Source of the DNA: an uncultured Gemmatimonadales bacterium | GTDB lineage: Bacteria > Gemmatimonadota > Gemmatimonadetes > Longimicrobiales > Gaopeijiaceae | Direction of reading: 5' to 3' | Assembly (NCBI GenBank): GCA_963809895.1 | Contig: CAWELD010000003.1 | Span: forward strand, 3,424,001-3,488,000 | DNA: 64,000 nt | Shown: piece by piece, positions 11,874 through 23,103 of the stretch | Layout of the letters: each line of letters begins with the position of its first letter | Numbering within the stretch: position 1 is the stretch's first letter | Position numbers and translations under genes: made by a program | The notes under the pieces: model-generated | The model's database searches: none | What the model saw: the letters and a program-made list of their open reading frames with translations, nothing else | Told to the model about the DNA's origin: nothing

Positions 11874-13553
11874 TCACATCCTCCGGTACCCGGGTCCGCT
11901 CCCGCCCTCGCGGGGCGTCCAGCGGGGGCCCAGCACGTCGGTGGCTTTGCAGTCGATGCAGTTGGGAGCGTTGACCACCAGCTTGTCACCGTCGCGCTCG
12001 TAGACGCCGGCGGGGCAGACGTGCTCGTACATCTCGGCCACCTCGGGCGGGATGTCCTCGCCCACGATGAGGTGACCGGGGATGTCGTCGCGGGTCTGGT
12101 TCCCGCTCTTGAAGACGGCGTCCACCTTGCTGAAGGTGAGCGTTCCGTCGGGGGCGAAGGGCCGGGGATCGGCCGCCAGCACCTTGGGCTCGGCGGCGTC
12201 CTCCTCGACCGTGATCCTACCCCCGGGAAACGCGCCCCCGGTGATGCTCATGAGCCCGGCCTTGAAGCCGCCACCGAAGAAGCCGCTCTTGAAGGCCAGG
12301 CGCATGTTCCGCGTCTTCTTCATGTCGGCCACGATGTAGCTGGCGTCCACCGACTCGCTGTAGCTCGCCAGCCCGGCCTGGGAGGTGTCGTCGGCCTTGA
12401 GGGCGCGGAAGATGGCGCGCGCCGCCAGGATCCCGGACTGCATGGCGTAGTGGATCCCCTTGAGCGAGGGCACGTCGACGTAGCCGGCGGCGTCACCCAC
12501 GATGCAGATGCCGTCGCCGTGCCGGCGCTCGGGCAGGCTGTAATAGCCGCCCTCGGGGATGGTCTTGGCGCCCCATTCCACCATCTCGCCGCCCTCCAGG
12601 TACTCCCGGAAGAGCGGGTGGAGCTTCATGCGCTGCAGCAACTCGTGCACGTCCAGGCGCGCATCGTGGTAGTCCAGGCCCACCACCAGTCCCAACGACA
12701 CCAGGTTGTCTTCCATGGGATACATCCACGAGCCGCCGAAGGCGTCCTTCGGGAGCGGCCAGCCCAGGGTGTGGATGACCCGGTCCAGCGGCTTCTTCGT
12801 CTCCCACAGCTCCTTCACCCCCAGGGCGTAGATCTGGGGATTCTCGGACGTCACGCCCTGCCAACGGTACCAGGCCTGCGACAGCGTGCCCCGGGTGCCT
12901 TCGCTGAGCACGGTGACCCGCCCCGTGACGTCCATGGGCGGCATGGCATCGGCGCCGGAGGGCTGGCCGTCACGGTCCAGCCCCGACGGCGTGGTTCGCA
13001 CGCCCAGCACCCTGGACCCTTCCACCAGCAGCGCGTCGGCGGGGAATCCCGGAAAGACGTTCACCCCGAGCCCCTCGGCCTTCTCACCCAGCCAGCGCAC
13101 GATCTCCGAGATGGAGGCCACGAAATTGCCGTGATTCTTCATGGTGGGCGGCGTGGGAAGCTTGGTGGCGCCGCCCTCGCGCAGGAGGTAGACCGCCTCA
13201 CCCGTCACCGGCCGGCTGAACGGAAAGTCCTCGTCGGAGAGCTCCGGAAAAAGCTCCCGGAAGGCCCGGGGATTCACCACGGCGCCCGACAGATTGTGCT
13301 CGCCGAGCCCGGCGGCCTTCTCCAGCACGCCGATCTCCACCTCGCCCAGCTCGCCGCCGGCTTCGGCATCGGCCTGCACCAGCCGGGCCAACTCGATGGC
13401 GCCGGCGAGGCCCGCGGGACCACCACCGACGAAGACCACGTCCATGGGCACGGCTTCCTCGTCGGGCGTCTCCTCCAGCACGAGGCGATCCACGGGGAGG
13501 GCGGGCTGGTACTCCAGGGGACGGATCGTCCCCGTCAGGGGCTCGTCGGACAT
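11874..13553 (-). CDS. electron-transfer flavoprotein:quinone oxidoreductase
   Basis: FAD motif 'DVVFVGGGPAGLAGA'; 'YALGVKELWE'; 'GAKTIPEGGYYSLP'; 4Fe-4S 'CPAGVY...NCIDCKATD'. Confidence 0.93.
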   Translation of the reverse strand: MSDEPLTGTIRPLEYQPALPVDRLVLEETPDEEAVPMDVVFVGGGPAGLAGAIELARLVQADAEAGGELGEVEIGVLEKAAGLGEHNLSGAVVNPRAFRELFPELSDEDFPFSRPVTGEAVYLLREGGATKLPTPPTMKNHGNFVASISEIVRWLGEKAEGLGVNVFPGFPADALLVEGSRVLGVRTTPSGLDRDGQPSGADAMPPMDVTGRVTVLSEGTRGTLSQAWYRWQGVTSENPQIYALGVKELWETKKPLDRVIHTLGWPLPKDAFGGSWMYPMEDNLVSLGLVVGLDYHDARLDVHELLQRMKLHPLFREYLEGGEMVEWGAKTIPEGGYYSLPERRHGDGICIVGDAAGYVDVPSLKGIHYAMQSGILAARAIFRALKADDTSQAGLASYSESVDASYIVADMKKTRNMRLAFKSGFFGGGFKAGLMSITGGAFPGGRITVEEDAAEPKVLAADPRPFAPDGTLTFSKVDAVFKSGNQTRDDIPGHLIVGEDIPPEVAEMYEHVCPAGVYERDGDKLVVNAPNCIDCKATDVLGPRWTPREGGSGPGYRRM

Positions 13554-13696
13554 CACGGCTCCAGCGGTCTGTGCGGCGTGTGGGAGGATCGGCGGAATGG
13601 AGGACCCTGCTCCTGGCGCCGGGGTAACCCGAGCGCCCTGAAAGGTACCCCATCCGCGGGGCTCGTGCAGGTCCCGCGGCGACGCCAGGACGCACC

Positions 13697-15172
13697 ATGA
13701 ACGACTCCCGTCCCCGCACCGTCGGCGAGCTCCGAGCCGCCGGCTATCGACCCCGCACCGTCAAAGAGGAGATGCGCGCCAACCTGCGGCGCAAGATCGC
13801 CGCGGGTGACACCCTCTTTCCCGGGGTTTTGGGCTACGAGGAAACGGTGCTGCCCCAGCTCGTGAACGCCGTCCTGGCGAAGCACGACTTCATCCTCCTG
13901 GGACTCCGGGGACAGGCCAAGAGCCGCATCCTGCGCCAGCTGGTCTCGCTCCTGGACGAGGAAATCCCCGTGCTCGAGGGGAGCGAGGTCAACGACGATC
14001 CGCTGGCGCCCATCTCCAAGTTCGGCCGGGAGCTGCTGCGGGAGCACGGGGACGACGCCCCGGTGGCGTGGCTCCCCCGCGAGCAGCGCTACGTGGAGAA
14101 GCTCGCCACCCCCGACGTCACCATCGCCGACATCATCGGCGACGTGGATCCCATCAAGGCGGCGCGGGGCGGCCACATCCTGGCCGACGAGCTCACCATC
14201 CACTTCGGCCTCCTGCCCCGGGCCAACCGCGGGGTGTTCGCCATCAACGAGCTGCCGGACCTGTCGGGCAAGATCCAGGTGGGGCTGTTCAACGTCCTCC
14301 AGGAGGGCGACGTGCAGATCAAGGGCTACCCGGTGCGGCTGGCGCTGGACGTGCTCATGGTCTTCACCGCGAATCCCGAAGACTACACGGCGCGGGGCAA
14401 GATCATCACGCCGCTCAAGGACCGCATCGGCGCCGAGATCCGCACCCACTACCCACTGGACATCGCTACCGGCGTGGACGTGACGCTCCAGGAGGCGTGG
14501 GTCGAGCGGGCCGACGCCGAGGTGGAGATCCCCGACCTGGTCACCGAGCTCGTGGAGCGCGTGGCCTTCCTGGCCCGCGAAGACAAGCGCGTGGACCAGC
14601 GCTCCGGCGTGAGCCAGCGGCTCCCCATCACGGTGCTGGAGACGGTGGTGTCCAACGCCGAGCGCCGGGCGCTGGCGCTGGGCGAGGAGCGGGCCGTGCC
14701 GCGGGTGGTGGACGTGTACGCGGCGCTCCCCTCCATCACCGGCAAGATGGAGCTGGAGTACGAGGGCGAGATGCACGGCCACGACAAGATCGCCCGGGAG
14801 CTCATCGCCGAGGCCGCGCATCAGGTCTTCGAGGACCGGGCCGGTGGCGCCGACGTGGAGGACATCGTGGCCTACTTCGAGGAGGGCGGGGCGCTCCAGG
14901 TGGGCGAGGAATCGTCGTCTTCCGCCTGCGTGAAGGGATTCGAGACCGTGCCCGGTCTCCTGGAGCTGGCGGAGAACGTGGGATTGGCCCCGGCCGCGGC
15001 ATCCGACGGCGTCCGGGCCGCGGCCTGCGAGCTCGTGCTGGAGGCGCTGGTGGCCGAGAAGCGCATCAGCCGCACCAGCTCCGGCGGCTACCGCCGCGCC
15101 CGCCACGAGCGCGAGGGCCCCAAAGGCAAGGGCATGCAGGGCTTCGATCCCTTCGGCGGGATGGAAGCATAG
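13697..15172 (+). CDS. AAA+ ATPase, Mg-chelatase-like/MoxR-related family
   Basis: 'LLGLRGQAKSRILR', 'EKLATPDVTIADIIGDVDPIK', 'FAINELPDL', 'ANPEDYTARGKIITPLKDR'. Confidence 0.88.
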   Translation: MNDSRPRTVGELRAAGYRPRTVKEEMRANLRRKIAAGDTLFPGVLGYEETVLPQLVNAVLAKHDFILLGLRGQAKSRILRQLVSLLDEEIPVLEGSEVNDDPLAPISKFGRELLREHGDDAPVAWLPREQRYVEKLATPDVTIADIIGDVDPIKAARGGHILADELTIHFGLLPRANRGVFAINELPDLSGKIQVGLFNVLQEGDVQIKGYPVRLALDVLMVFTANPEDYTARGKIITPLKDRIGAEIRTHYPLDIATGVDVTLQEAWVERADAEVEIPDLVTELVERVAFLAREDKRVDQRSGVSQRLPITVLETVVSNAERRALALGEERAVPRVVDVYAALPSITGKMELEYEGEMHGHDKIARELIAEAAHQVFEDRAGGADVEDIVAYFEEGGALQVGEESSSSACVKGFETVPGLLELAENVGLAPAAASDGVRAAACELVLEALVAEKRISRTSSGGYRRARHEREGPKGKGMQGFDPFGGMEA

Positions 15173-15175
15173 GGC

Positions 15176-16865
15176 TCAGCCCCCGTTCTCGGGCCAGCCC
15201 GTCCAGCCGGGTCCCCGCACCACGCGTCCCGGCGTAGCACCGGTGTGGACGCCGTCACGGACCACCTGGACGCCGTTGACGAAGACGTCCTTCACGCCCA
15301 CCGCGAGCTGGTGCGGCTCCTCGAAGGTGGCTCGGTCGGCGACGGTCTCCGGATCGAAGACCACCACGTCGGCGAAGTAGCCGGGGGTGAGCCGTCCACG
15401 GCGGCGCAACGAGAGGTTCTCGGCCGGAAGCGCCGACAGCCGACGCACGGCCTCCTGGAGGGGGATCAGCTCCTCGTCCCGCACGTAGCGTCCCAGCAGG
15501 CGGGCGACGTTGCCGTAGGCCCGGGGATGGGGATTGGATTTCAGGAACACGCCCTCCGGAGCCGGGGCCCCCGCGTCGCTCCCGAAGCTCACCCACGGAA
15601 GCTGGAGTTGCCGCCGCACGTTGTCCTCGGACATGAGAAAGTAGACCGTGCCCACCCGCGACCCGTCGCGGATGACCAGCTCCATGGCGGTCTCCTCGGG
15701 GCTCATCCCCATCTCGTCGGCCACCTGCGCCAGCGTCTTGCCGGTGTGGCGCTTCAGGGAGTCGGCCTTGAATCCCACGAGAAGCACCCGATCGGGAGAG
15801 CCCGCCAGGAGCATGAGGTTCTCCCACTCGTCGGTGGGCGTGGTCATCTCGCGAATCACCCGCCGGCGGACGGCCGGGTCCTTCAGCCTCTCGGCCCACG
15901 CCTCGTAGCCACCTTCCTGCACCCAGGGGGGCATGGCGGCGTCCAGACCGGTGGCGCCGGCGGTATAGGTGTACATGTCGGCGGTGATGCGCACGCCCCG
16001 GGCCCGGGCCTCTTCGATGCGGTCCACAACCGCATCCAGCTTGCCCCAGTTGTCCTCGCCGGCGGCCTTCAGGTGATACACCTCGGCGGGAGCCGCTGAC
16101 CTCTCGGCCACGTGGATGAGCTCGTCCAGCGCCTCCAGGAGCTGGTTGGCCTCGCTCCGCATGTGGCTGATGTACATGCCGTCGTACTCGTGCGCCGCCT
16201 GCATGAGCGCCACCAACTCGTCGGTGTCTGCGTAGAAGGCCGGGGCGTAGATGAGCGACGAGCCCACACCCAGCGCGCCCTCCCGCATGGCGTCGCGCAC
16301 CAGATCCTGCATGCGCGCCAGCTCGTCGGGGGTCGGCGCCCGGTCCGCGTAGCCCAGCTCGTGCACGCGCACCGTGGTGGCTCCCACGAAGGACGCCACG
16401 TTGGGCGAGATCCCACGGGACACCATGTAGTCCAGATATTCGCCCAGCGTGGTCCAGGCGACGTCGTAGGTGATGTCGCCCTGACGGCGGATCGCTCTCG
16501 GCCTTCATGCTGTCGGTGAGCGGGCCCATGGACTCGCCCTCGCCCATGACCTCCAGCGTTACGCCCTGCATGAGGTCCGACAGGCCGCGGGGATCCTCGA
16601 TCAGGCTTTCGTTGGCCCAGGACAGCATGTTGATGAAGCCCGGGGCCACGGCCATGCCGGTGACGTCCAGCTCGGTGGCACCGGTCAGGTCGCCCACGTC
16701 GCCCACCGCCACCAGGGAATCCCCCTGGATCGCCACATCGCCGACCACGGGAGCGTCGCCGCTGCCGTCGTAGATGGTTCCGCCCCGGAGAACGAGGTCG
16801 ACATCGGGGGCGCGGTCGCACGCGACGAAGGTGAGGAGAGCGGCGAGGGCCAGGAGAGTCTTCAC
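15176..16865 (-). CDS. N-acyl-D-amino-acid deacylase (D-aminoacylase) lipoprotein; +1 frameshift near 16496
   Basis: N-terminus 'LTFVAC...LRGGTIYDGSG...APGFINMLSW' in one frame continues as 'IRRQGDITYDVAWTTLGEYLDYMVSRGISPNVASFVG...HPRAYGN' in another; removing one base gives about 562 aa. Confidence 0.85.
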
Positions 16866-16866
16866 G

Positions 16867-17622
16867 TCACGTGCCTCCGTCGACGGGCAGCACCTGCCCG
16901 GTGATCCACGATGCCCGCTCCGACGCCAGAAAGAGCACCGCCTCGGCGATGTCGCCGGGGGTGCCCAGGCGCCGCAGCGCGATGCCTTCCACCAACTCTC
17001 TCTGCCCCTCCTGGCCGTAGCGCTCCCACTGGCGCTCGGTGTCGGGGTTGGAACGCACGAAGCCCGGCGCCACGGCGTTCACGGTGATCCCGTACGGGCC
17101 CAGCTCGTGGGCGAGCTGCCGGGTGAGGCCGATCTGGCCGGCCTTGGCGGCGGCGTAGGCCTGGATGCCCGTCTTGCTCACTCCCAGACCCGCGCCCGAC
17201 GACACGTTGACGATGCGGCCGCGGTGGGCGCGCTTCATGGCGGGAACGGCGGCACGGGCCGTAAGGAAGGAGGCCGTGAGATTCACGGCCACGATGGCCT
17301 CGAAATCGCCGAGCCGAACCTCCTCCACCGGCCGACCCGCCTGGCCCAGGACGCCGCCGGCGTCGTTCACCAGAACGTGTACCTGGCCGTGCTCGGCCTC
17401 GGCCACGGCCATGCCCGCCGCCACGTCGTCGGCACGGGTGACGTCGACGACGCGGCCGTGGATGCGGCCGCCGCCCAGACGGACGGTTTCGGCGACCTCG
17501 TCGGTGAGGACGTCCCAGGCCCACACGCTTGCGTCCAGGGCCGCGAAGCGGAGCGCGATCTCGCGACCGAGGCCGTGTGCGGCCCCGGTGACCACCACCG
17601 TCTGACCGGCGAACTCACTCAT
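16867..17622 (-). CDS. SDR family NAD(P)-dependent oxidoreductase
   Basis: 'VVVTGAAHGLG', 'LVNDAG', 'YAAAKAG', 'VNAVAPG', 'ITGQVLPVDGG'. Confidence 0.93.
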   Translation of the reverse strand: MSEFAGQTVVVTGAAHGLGREIALRFAALDASVWAWDVLTDEVAETVRLGGGRIHGRVVDVTRADDVAAGMAVAEAEHGQVHVLVNDAGGVLGQAGRPVEEVRLGDFEAIVAVNLTASFLTARAAVPAMKRAHRGRIVNVSSGAGLGVSKTGIQAYAAAKAGQIGLTRQLAHELGPYGITVNAVAPGFVRSNPDTERQWERYGQEGQRELVEGIALRRLGTPGDIAEAVLFLASERASWITGQVLPVDGGT

Positions 17623-18650
17623 GGCGTCTCCCGCGTGCCCAGCGCCGACAACGTCTCCCAGGACTGGGAGCGGCGCCCCTCCTCGATGTCGTGGACGAGC
17701 TCCACGAGCCGGGTCGTGAGCGGCGTGGGGACCGCCGCCTCGCCGCCGCGCTCCACGATGGGGCCGAGTTGTGCGTCCACCTCGGTCTTGCGCTCGCGGA
17801 CCGCCAGATCCCGCCATACGCCGCTGTGGGATTTGGCGGAGCGGCGGTTGAAGGCCACCAGCTCGTCGAGGGTGGCGTCCACGGCACCGGCAGGTGCGGT
17901 GAGAGCGAAGGCCGAGGGATCGAATCCGTCGAATCCCCGGGGACGGATGCCCCGGGCCTCGGCCACCCCCACCACCTCGCGCACCAACGCCACCAACAGC
18001 GGCCGGTGGGGCTCGGACGCCAGGACGTCGGCGATGGAGGCGTCGGCCAGCGCCGTGGCGAAGAGGAGCGCCCCGTAGGCGAGCTTGCCCCACAGATAGC
18101 CGAAGATGTCGTCGGTTGTCTCCGCGCCCGGCTCGTAGATGCGGAACAACTCCAGGAGTCGATGGAGCCGGGGGGTGTCGGAGCCGTCCAGCTCACCCAG
18201 GACCAGGGCGCCGTGGTTGCCGCGCATGATGACGCCGGGCTCCACGACGTCGGCGCCCACGTTGATGAAGCAACCGACGGTGCGCTCGCCGCCCACGGCT
18301 GCGGCGATGGCCCGCTCGTTGAGCCCGTTCTGCAGCGACACCACGCAGCCGTCGGGCGAGAGATGGGGCGCGAGCTGGCCGACGGCCGCATCGGTGTCGT
18401 GGGCCTTGACCGCCAGCAGGATCGTGGGGTAGGTGCCCTCCACCTCGTCGGGCAGGCTCGCCGGGATCTGGACCGTGAACTCGTCGACGGGCCCGGTGAT
18501 TCGCAAACCGTGCTCGCGGATGGCCGAAACATGATTCGCATCCGCGTCCACCAGGCGCACGTCGTGGCCGGCCCGGCAGAGCCACGCCCCCACCGATCCT
18601 CCCATGGCGCCGGCGCCCCACACCAGGATCGGGCCGTCGCCGGCGGTCAC
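17619..18650 (-). CDS. ketopantoate reductase (ApbA/PanE) family protein
   Basis: 'VWGAGAMGG', 'LLAVKAHDT', 'SLQNGLNE', 'LWGKL', 'SGVWRDL...KTEVD'. Confidence 0.88.
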   Translation of the reverse strand: MTAGDGPILVWGAGAMGGSVGAWLCRAGHDVRLVDADANHVSAIREHGLRITGPVDEFTVQIPASLPDEVEGTYPTILLAVKAHDTDAAVGQLAPHLSPDGCVVSLQNGLNERAIAAAVGGERTVGCFINVGADVVEPGVIMRGNHGALVLGELDGSDTPRLHRLLELFRIYEPGAETTDDIFGYLWGKLAYGALLFATALADASIADVLASEPHRPLLVALVREVVGVAEARGIRPRGFDGFDPSAFALTAPAGAVDATLDELVAFNRRSAKSHSGVWRDLAVRERKTEVDAQLGPIVERGGEAAVPTPLTTRLVELVHDIEEGRRSQSWETLSALGTRETP

Positions 18651-19372
18651 GACTCCTCTCCCCAGTCACTGAGCAGTGCCCGGGTCTCATCCACCGCCAC
18701 CCCCCAGATCTCCAGCATGGTGACGTCGTCCAGGCCGTAGCGGCCGCCGAAGCTCCCGTCTCCCAGGAGCTGCCGAAAGGCCACCGGGTCACCACGCAGC
18801 CCGTCGCCGATCTCCACCGGTGGTTTCTCGGCGCCGGGGGGCGTGGCGCCCGCGATCCGGGTCCACGGAAAGCTCTCCATCCAGTTGGCGTGGCTCCCGT
18901 GGGAGGCCGCCGCCCTCACCGCGGCCTTCGTGCGGGGCGCCTTCCACCAATCGTGGAAGCGGACGCGCACGGTCTGGCCTGCTCGCGCGCGGTCGGCGGC
19001 CGCGGCCCACTCCCGGGCCACGTCCGCTGCGGCGGAATTGCCACCGTGCCCATTGACCAGGAGGATGCGCCGGAAGCCGTGCGAGGCCAGCGAGTCCAGC
19101 ACGTCGGTGACGACGGCAGCGTGGGTCTCGGGCCTGAGGGTCACGGTCCCGGGGAAGGCCATGAAATACGGCGCGCATCCGAAGGGCAGCGCGGGATAGA
19201 CGGGCACGCCCAGAGGCTCGGCGGCGTCCAGCGCCACGCGCTCGGCCAGGATGGCGTCGGTGGCCAGACTCAGGTAGGCGTGCTGCTCGACGCTCCCCAG
19301 GGGCACGGCCACCCGGTCGTCGGAGCGCAGGTATTCCTCGACCTGCATCCAGTTCATGGCGGTGATGCGCAC
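18647..19372 (-). CDS. creatininase family amidohydrolase
   Basis: 'MNWMQVEEYL...VPLGSVEQHAYLSLATD', 'LVNGHGGN', 'SHANWMES'; GTG start after an upstream GGAG. Confidence 0.9.
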   Translation of the reverse strand: MRITAMNWMQVEEYLRSDDRVAVPLGSVEQHAYLSLATDAILAERVALDAAEPLGVPVYPALPFGCAPYFMAFPGTVTLRPETHAAVVTDVLDSLASHGFRRILLVNGHGGNSAAADVAREWAAAADRARAGQTVRVRFHDWWKAPRTKAAVRAAASHGSHANWMESFPWTRIAGATPPGAEKPPVEIGDGLRGDPVAFRQLLGDGSFGGRYGLDDVTMLEIWGVAVDETRALLSDWGEES

Positions 19373-19542
19373 GGATCTCTCACTCCGGGGCTCTCGGCGA
19401 CTGCTCGCTGACCGTGGAGGGCGACGGAGAAGGTGAGCCGCGCCTCGGCCCGACGCCAGCGATCGGCCTGAGGCCGGTCGGACGCGGGCGCCGGGGCGAC
19501 GGGCCCACCAGACGACACCGGCGGCCAGCGGGCCCCCCGGTG

Positions 19543-20682
19543 TCAATCGATGCCCAGCGCCGCCAGAGCCAGCGCCGCGATGCGCTGCATGGCGACGGGC
19601 AGCGCCAACTCCTCGAGCTCGTGGGGCGCGACCCAACGGCGCTCCGGAGGCATGGGCCGGCGCTCGCCCCCGGCTGCGTGGATCACATACGGCCGGTACG
19701 TCACGTGCAGGTGCGAGAAGGCGTGACGCACCTCGTCCAGCGGGCGAGCGGCGGCGAGGGCGGCACCGCCCGGATCGTCGGGGACACCCTCGAAGGTCGC
19801 TCCGGCGAGAGTCTCCCCCAGCAGCCGACGCACCGCCCGCTCCTCGGTCTCTCCCGCCGCTTGGTCCAGCAGGCGCCCGGGGAACTCCCACAGGCCCGCC
19901 AGCAGCCCTTCGGCCGGCCGTTGGCGCACCAGCAGCCGAAGTGCGTCGGCGGGTCCGCTCACCAGCACGGCCACCGCGTGCACTTCACGGGGCACCGGTG
20001 CTCGCTTGCGGGCAGGAGGACGCTCCGCCACGGTGCCCCGCCCCAGCGCGAGGCAGGACGAAGCTACCGGGCATGCACCACACTCCGGCGCCCGCGGCGT
20101 GCACACCGTCGCACCCAGCTCCATGAGGGCCTGATTGAAATCCCCGGGCCGGTCCGGGTCCACCAGTGCTCCGGCCAACTGCCGCAGCTCGGTGTCGGAG
20201 GGCGCCGGCAGATCGAAGAGGCGGCTCAGCACCCGGCGCACGTTGCCGTCCACCGCGGGCGCGGCCTCCCCGAAGGCGATGCTCGCCACGGCTCCCGCCG
20301 TATAGGGGCCGATCCCGGGGATCTCCCGCAGCGCCGCGGAGTCCCCCGGAAGACGCCCCTGGAAACGCTCCCGCACGACGCGGGCCCCGCGGTGGAGATT
20401 GCGGGCCCGGCGGTAGTATCCCAGCCCCTCCCACGCCTTGAGAACCTCCGACTCGTCGGCCTCGGCCAACGCCTCGACGGTGGGAAAGCGCCGCAGCCAA
20501 TCCCGGTAGTAGGGGATCACCGTCTCCACCCGGGTCTGCTGGAGCATGATCTCCGAGACCCAGATGGCGTAGGGATCCCCGGTCCGGCGCCACGGCAGGT
20601 CCCGGGCGCTCCGGTCGAAGAACGCCAGGAGCGCGCGGCGCAGCGCGGTCGGTGAGGTGGGCAGCGGGTCGGCGGAATCCAT
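19543..20682 (-). CDS. mutY: A/G-specific adenine glycosylase
   Basis: 'RDLPWRRTGDPYAIWVSEIMLQQTRVETV', 'GLGYYRRARNL', HhH 'PGIGPYTAGA', 'VDGNVRRV', FeS 'CTPRAPECGACPVASSC', C-terminal NUDIX-like 'GLWEFPG'. Confidence 0.97.
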   Translation of the reverse strand: MDSADPLPTSPTALRRALLAFFDRSARDLPWRRTGDPYAIWVSEIMLQQTRVETVIPYYRDWLRRFPTVEALAEADESEVLKAWEGLGYYRRARNLHRGARVVRERFQGRLPGDSAALREIPGIGPYTAGAVASIAFGEAAPAVDGNVRRVLSRLFDLPAPSDTELRQLAGALVDPDRPGDFNQALMELGATVCTPRAPECGACPVASSCLALGRGTVAERPPARKRAPVPREVHAVAVLVSGPADALRLLVRQRPAEGLLAGLWEFPGRLLDQAAGETEERAVRRLLGETLAGATFEGVPDDPGGAALAAARPLDEVRHAFSHLHVTYRPYVIHAAGGERRPMPPERRWVAPHELEELALPVAMQRIAALALAALGID

Positions 20683-20781
20683 GGGGACGGGAATGTAGCA
20701 CGGAAGGGGCGAGGGAACCCCCACCCCGGCCCGGGGGTGAGGAGTGATGCGGGACGACCCTCCAGCGCGGGAGCGTGACCG

Positions 20782-22074
20782 GTGCGCTTCACCACCTACA
20801 CGAAGTACAAGGGCGGATGGCTCGACGCCCTCAACCTCGAGTCCCTCCTGGAGCACCTGTCCGACTTTCTCCTGAACGGCGGCTTCGCCGGCGGCCCGCA
20901 CTATCATCCGTACTGGGGCTGGTCCGGCGTGGAGGACACGTCGACGGTGGACGCCCTCAAGCAGGCGCTCCTGGAGGCGCTTCTGAAGAGCGGTCAGCTC
21001 ACCCCGGAGATGCTGGAGGAGCTCCGCGGCGAGGGCGAAGGCGACGAGGCGGTGCGCGCCGAGATCGCACAGCTCCTGGACGACCTGATCCAGAAGCTCG
21101 TCGAGGAGGGATATCTGACGATGGAGGGTGGCACGCCGCAGATGCCGGGTCCCATGCAGGACGTGACCGGCCAGGGCCAGATCGACGAGGCCAAGGAAGC
21201 GGCTCAGCACGTCCAGTTCGACCTGACCCAGAAGGGGATGGACTTTCTGGGCTACCGCGCTCTCAAGAACCTGCTGTCGGCGCTGGGCAAGTCCAACATG
21301 GGCGTCCACGACACGGCGCATCTGGCCACGGGCGTGGAGGCCGAGGCCGCCAGCCGGCCGTACCAGTTCGGCGACACGCTCAACCTGGACATCCCGGCAA
21401 CGCTCAAGAACGCCATCGAGCGCGAAGGACTGCAGGTCCCGCTCATGCTGGACTACTCGGACCTCATGGTGCACCAGGCCGAGTACCGCTCGTCGTGCGC
21501 CACGGTCCTGATGCTGGACATCTCCCACTCCATGATCCTCTACGGCGAGGATCGCTTCACCCCGGCCAAGCGGGTGGCTCTGGCACTCTCGCACCTCATC
21601 CGCACACAGTTTCCCGGGGATACCCTGCGGGTGGTGGCGTTCGGGGACCGGGCCAAGGAGATCCCTCTGTCGCAGCTCGCCAAGGCGCAGGTCGGGCCCT
21701 TCCACACCAACACGGCCGAGGGACTGGAGCTGGCGCGGCGCATCCTCACGTCGCAGAAGCAGGAGATGCGCCAGATCATCATGATCACCGACGGCAAGCC
21801 ATCGGCGGTGACGCTCCCGGACGGCCGCGTCTACACCAACTCCGGCGGGTTGGACGCCCACATCCTGAAGCAGACCTTCAAAGAGGTCGCGGCCTGCCGG
21901 AAGAGCGGGATCCTCATCAACACCTTCATGCTGGCGCGGGATCCCTATCTGGTGAGCTTCGTGAAGAAGGTGTCGGAGATCGCCCGCGGCAAGGCCTATT
22001 TCACGACCACCATGTCGCTGGGCCAGTACATCATGATGGACTTCATGAAGCGGAAGCGTCGCCGGGTGGGGTGA
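20782..22074 (+). CDS. VWA domain-containing protein
   Basis: MIDAS 'MLDISHSM', 'TNTAEGL', 'IMITDGKPS'; family that typically partners the AAA+ at 13697. Confidence 0.9.
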   Translation: MRFTTYTKYKGGWLDALNLESLLEHLSDFLLNGGFAGGPHYHPYWGWSGVEDTSTVDALKQALLEALLKSGQLTPEMLEELRGEGEGDEAVRAEIAQLLDDLIQKLVEEGYLTMEGGTPQMPGPMQDVTGQGQIDEAKEAAQHVQFDLTQKGMDFLGYRALKNLLSALGKSNMGVHDTAHLATGVEAEAASRPYQFGDTLNLDIPATLKNAIEREGLQVPLMLDYSDLMVHQAEYRSSCATVLMLDISHSMILYGEDRFTPAKRVALALSHLIRTQFPGDTLRVVAFGDRAKEIPLSQLAKAQVGPFHTNTAEGLELARRILTSQKQEMRQIIMITDGKPSAVTLPDGRVYTNSGGLDAHILKQTFKEVAACRKSGILINTFMLARDPYLVSFVKKVSEIARGKAYFTTTMSLGQYIMMDFMKRKRRRVG

Positions 22075-22146
22075 GGTCGTCGCGCTCCACCATCTCGGTG
22101 CGCTCCCGGCGCAGTAGCTGCGCCAGCGGCGTGCCTTCCCCCACGC

Positions 22147-22929
22147 TCAGAAGGCGCTCAGCACGCTGAAGAACACCTGGCCGTCGTTGTTGGTGCTGGC
22201 GCCCCGGTCCAGCGCCTCCGAGTCGTAGTTGTCCACGAAGGTCAGCTTGAGGCTCAGGACCTCGGTGACGCGGAACGCGACGCTGGAGGTGCTGCTCATG
22301 GTGAAGTCGTCGATGCGGTCGAAGCGGGGCTGATAGTGCGTCTCGGTCTGGAGCGTCACCCGACCTTCGGAGAGGTCGTGGCGGGCCCGGAGCCGAGTGG
22401 ACCAGCGCGCGTCCAGCCGGTCGTCGGCCGTCGCAGAGGCATCTTCCGACGGCAGGGTTCGCTCGGCCAGAACCGCCACGCTCAGGTCGAGGCGGCCGTC
22501 GGAGTCGTCGCCGGCCACGGTGAGCTTGCCACCGGCGCCCACGTTGTAGCGCAGGTCGATGCGCTTCTCGTAGCTGCCCTCGGCCTTGGCCGACAGGAAG
22601 GGCGAGAGGCGCGCGTTCGGCACCGGGTCCAGATCCACCCCCAACTTCCACGAGCGCCGATTCACGGCACTGCCACCGTCGTCGGTGGACGCCTCGCCGT
22701 AGTTGAAGGCGCCGTTCACGGAGAACTCCCTGGCCAGGCCCCGGGTGGCCGTGGACGCGCGAGCCAGAAAGGCGGTCTGGTCCTTATTGCCGAAGAAGAC
22801 GCTACCGCCGACCTCGCCCTCGGTCTTCCAGTGGTCTTCGTTGACGCGGGGCGCCTGAGCGCGGGCGGGGACGGCGACGGAGAGGACCAGGAGGACGGCG
22901 ACGAACAGCAGGGTGGAGAGGGTCCGCAT
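22147..22929 (-). CDS. DUF481-like outer-membrane beta-barrel protein
   Basis: Signal peptide; 'GGSVFFGNKDQT', 'IDLRYNVGAGGK', 'FVDNYDS'; terminal Phe. Confidence 0.7.
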   Translation of the reverse strand: MRTLSTLLFVAVLLVLSVAVPARAQAPRVNEDHWKTEGEVGGSVFFGNKDQTAFLARASTATRGLAREFSVNGAFNYGEASTDDGGSAVNRRSWKLGVDLDPVPNARLSPFLSAKAEGSYEKRIDLRYNVGAGGKLTVAGDDSDGRLDLSVAVLAERTLPSEDASATADDRLDARWSTRLRARHDLSEGRVTLQTETHYQPRFDRIDDFTMSSTSSVAFRVTEVLSLKLTFVDNYDSEALDRGASTNNDGQVFFSVLSAF

Positions 22930-23103
22930 CACGACGATGGTGCAGGGTCCGCGAGATCGATGAACCCGGAAGATTTCACCTCGGCGGCGTGGTGCCAACC
23001 CCGCAAGCGCCAGGCGAGATACACACCGCCCGCCTTGGAACTCCGGAGGCACTCCCGGCTATTCGAAGAGTGTAACCATTGAAGCCTGAAAGGAGGGCCC
23101 ACC

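Noticed and set aside
20683..21861. N-terminal extension of the 772-aa MutY ORF
   Set aside because: It is the antisense shadow of the VWA gene; MutY homology starts near 20682.
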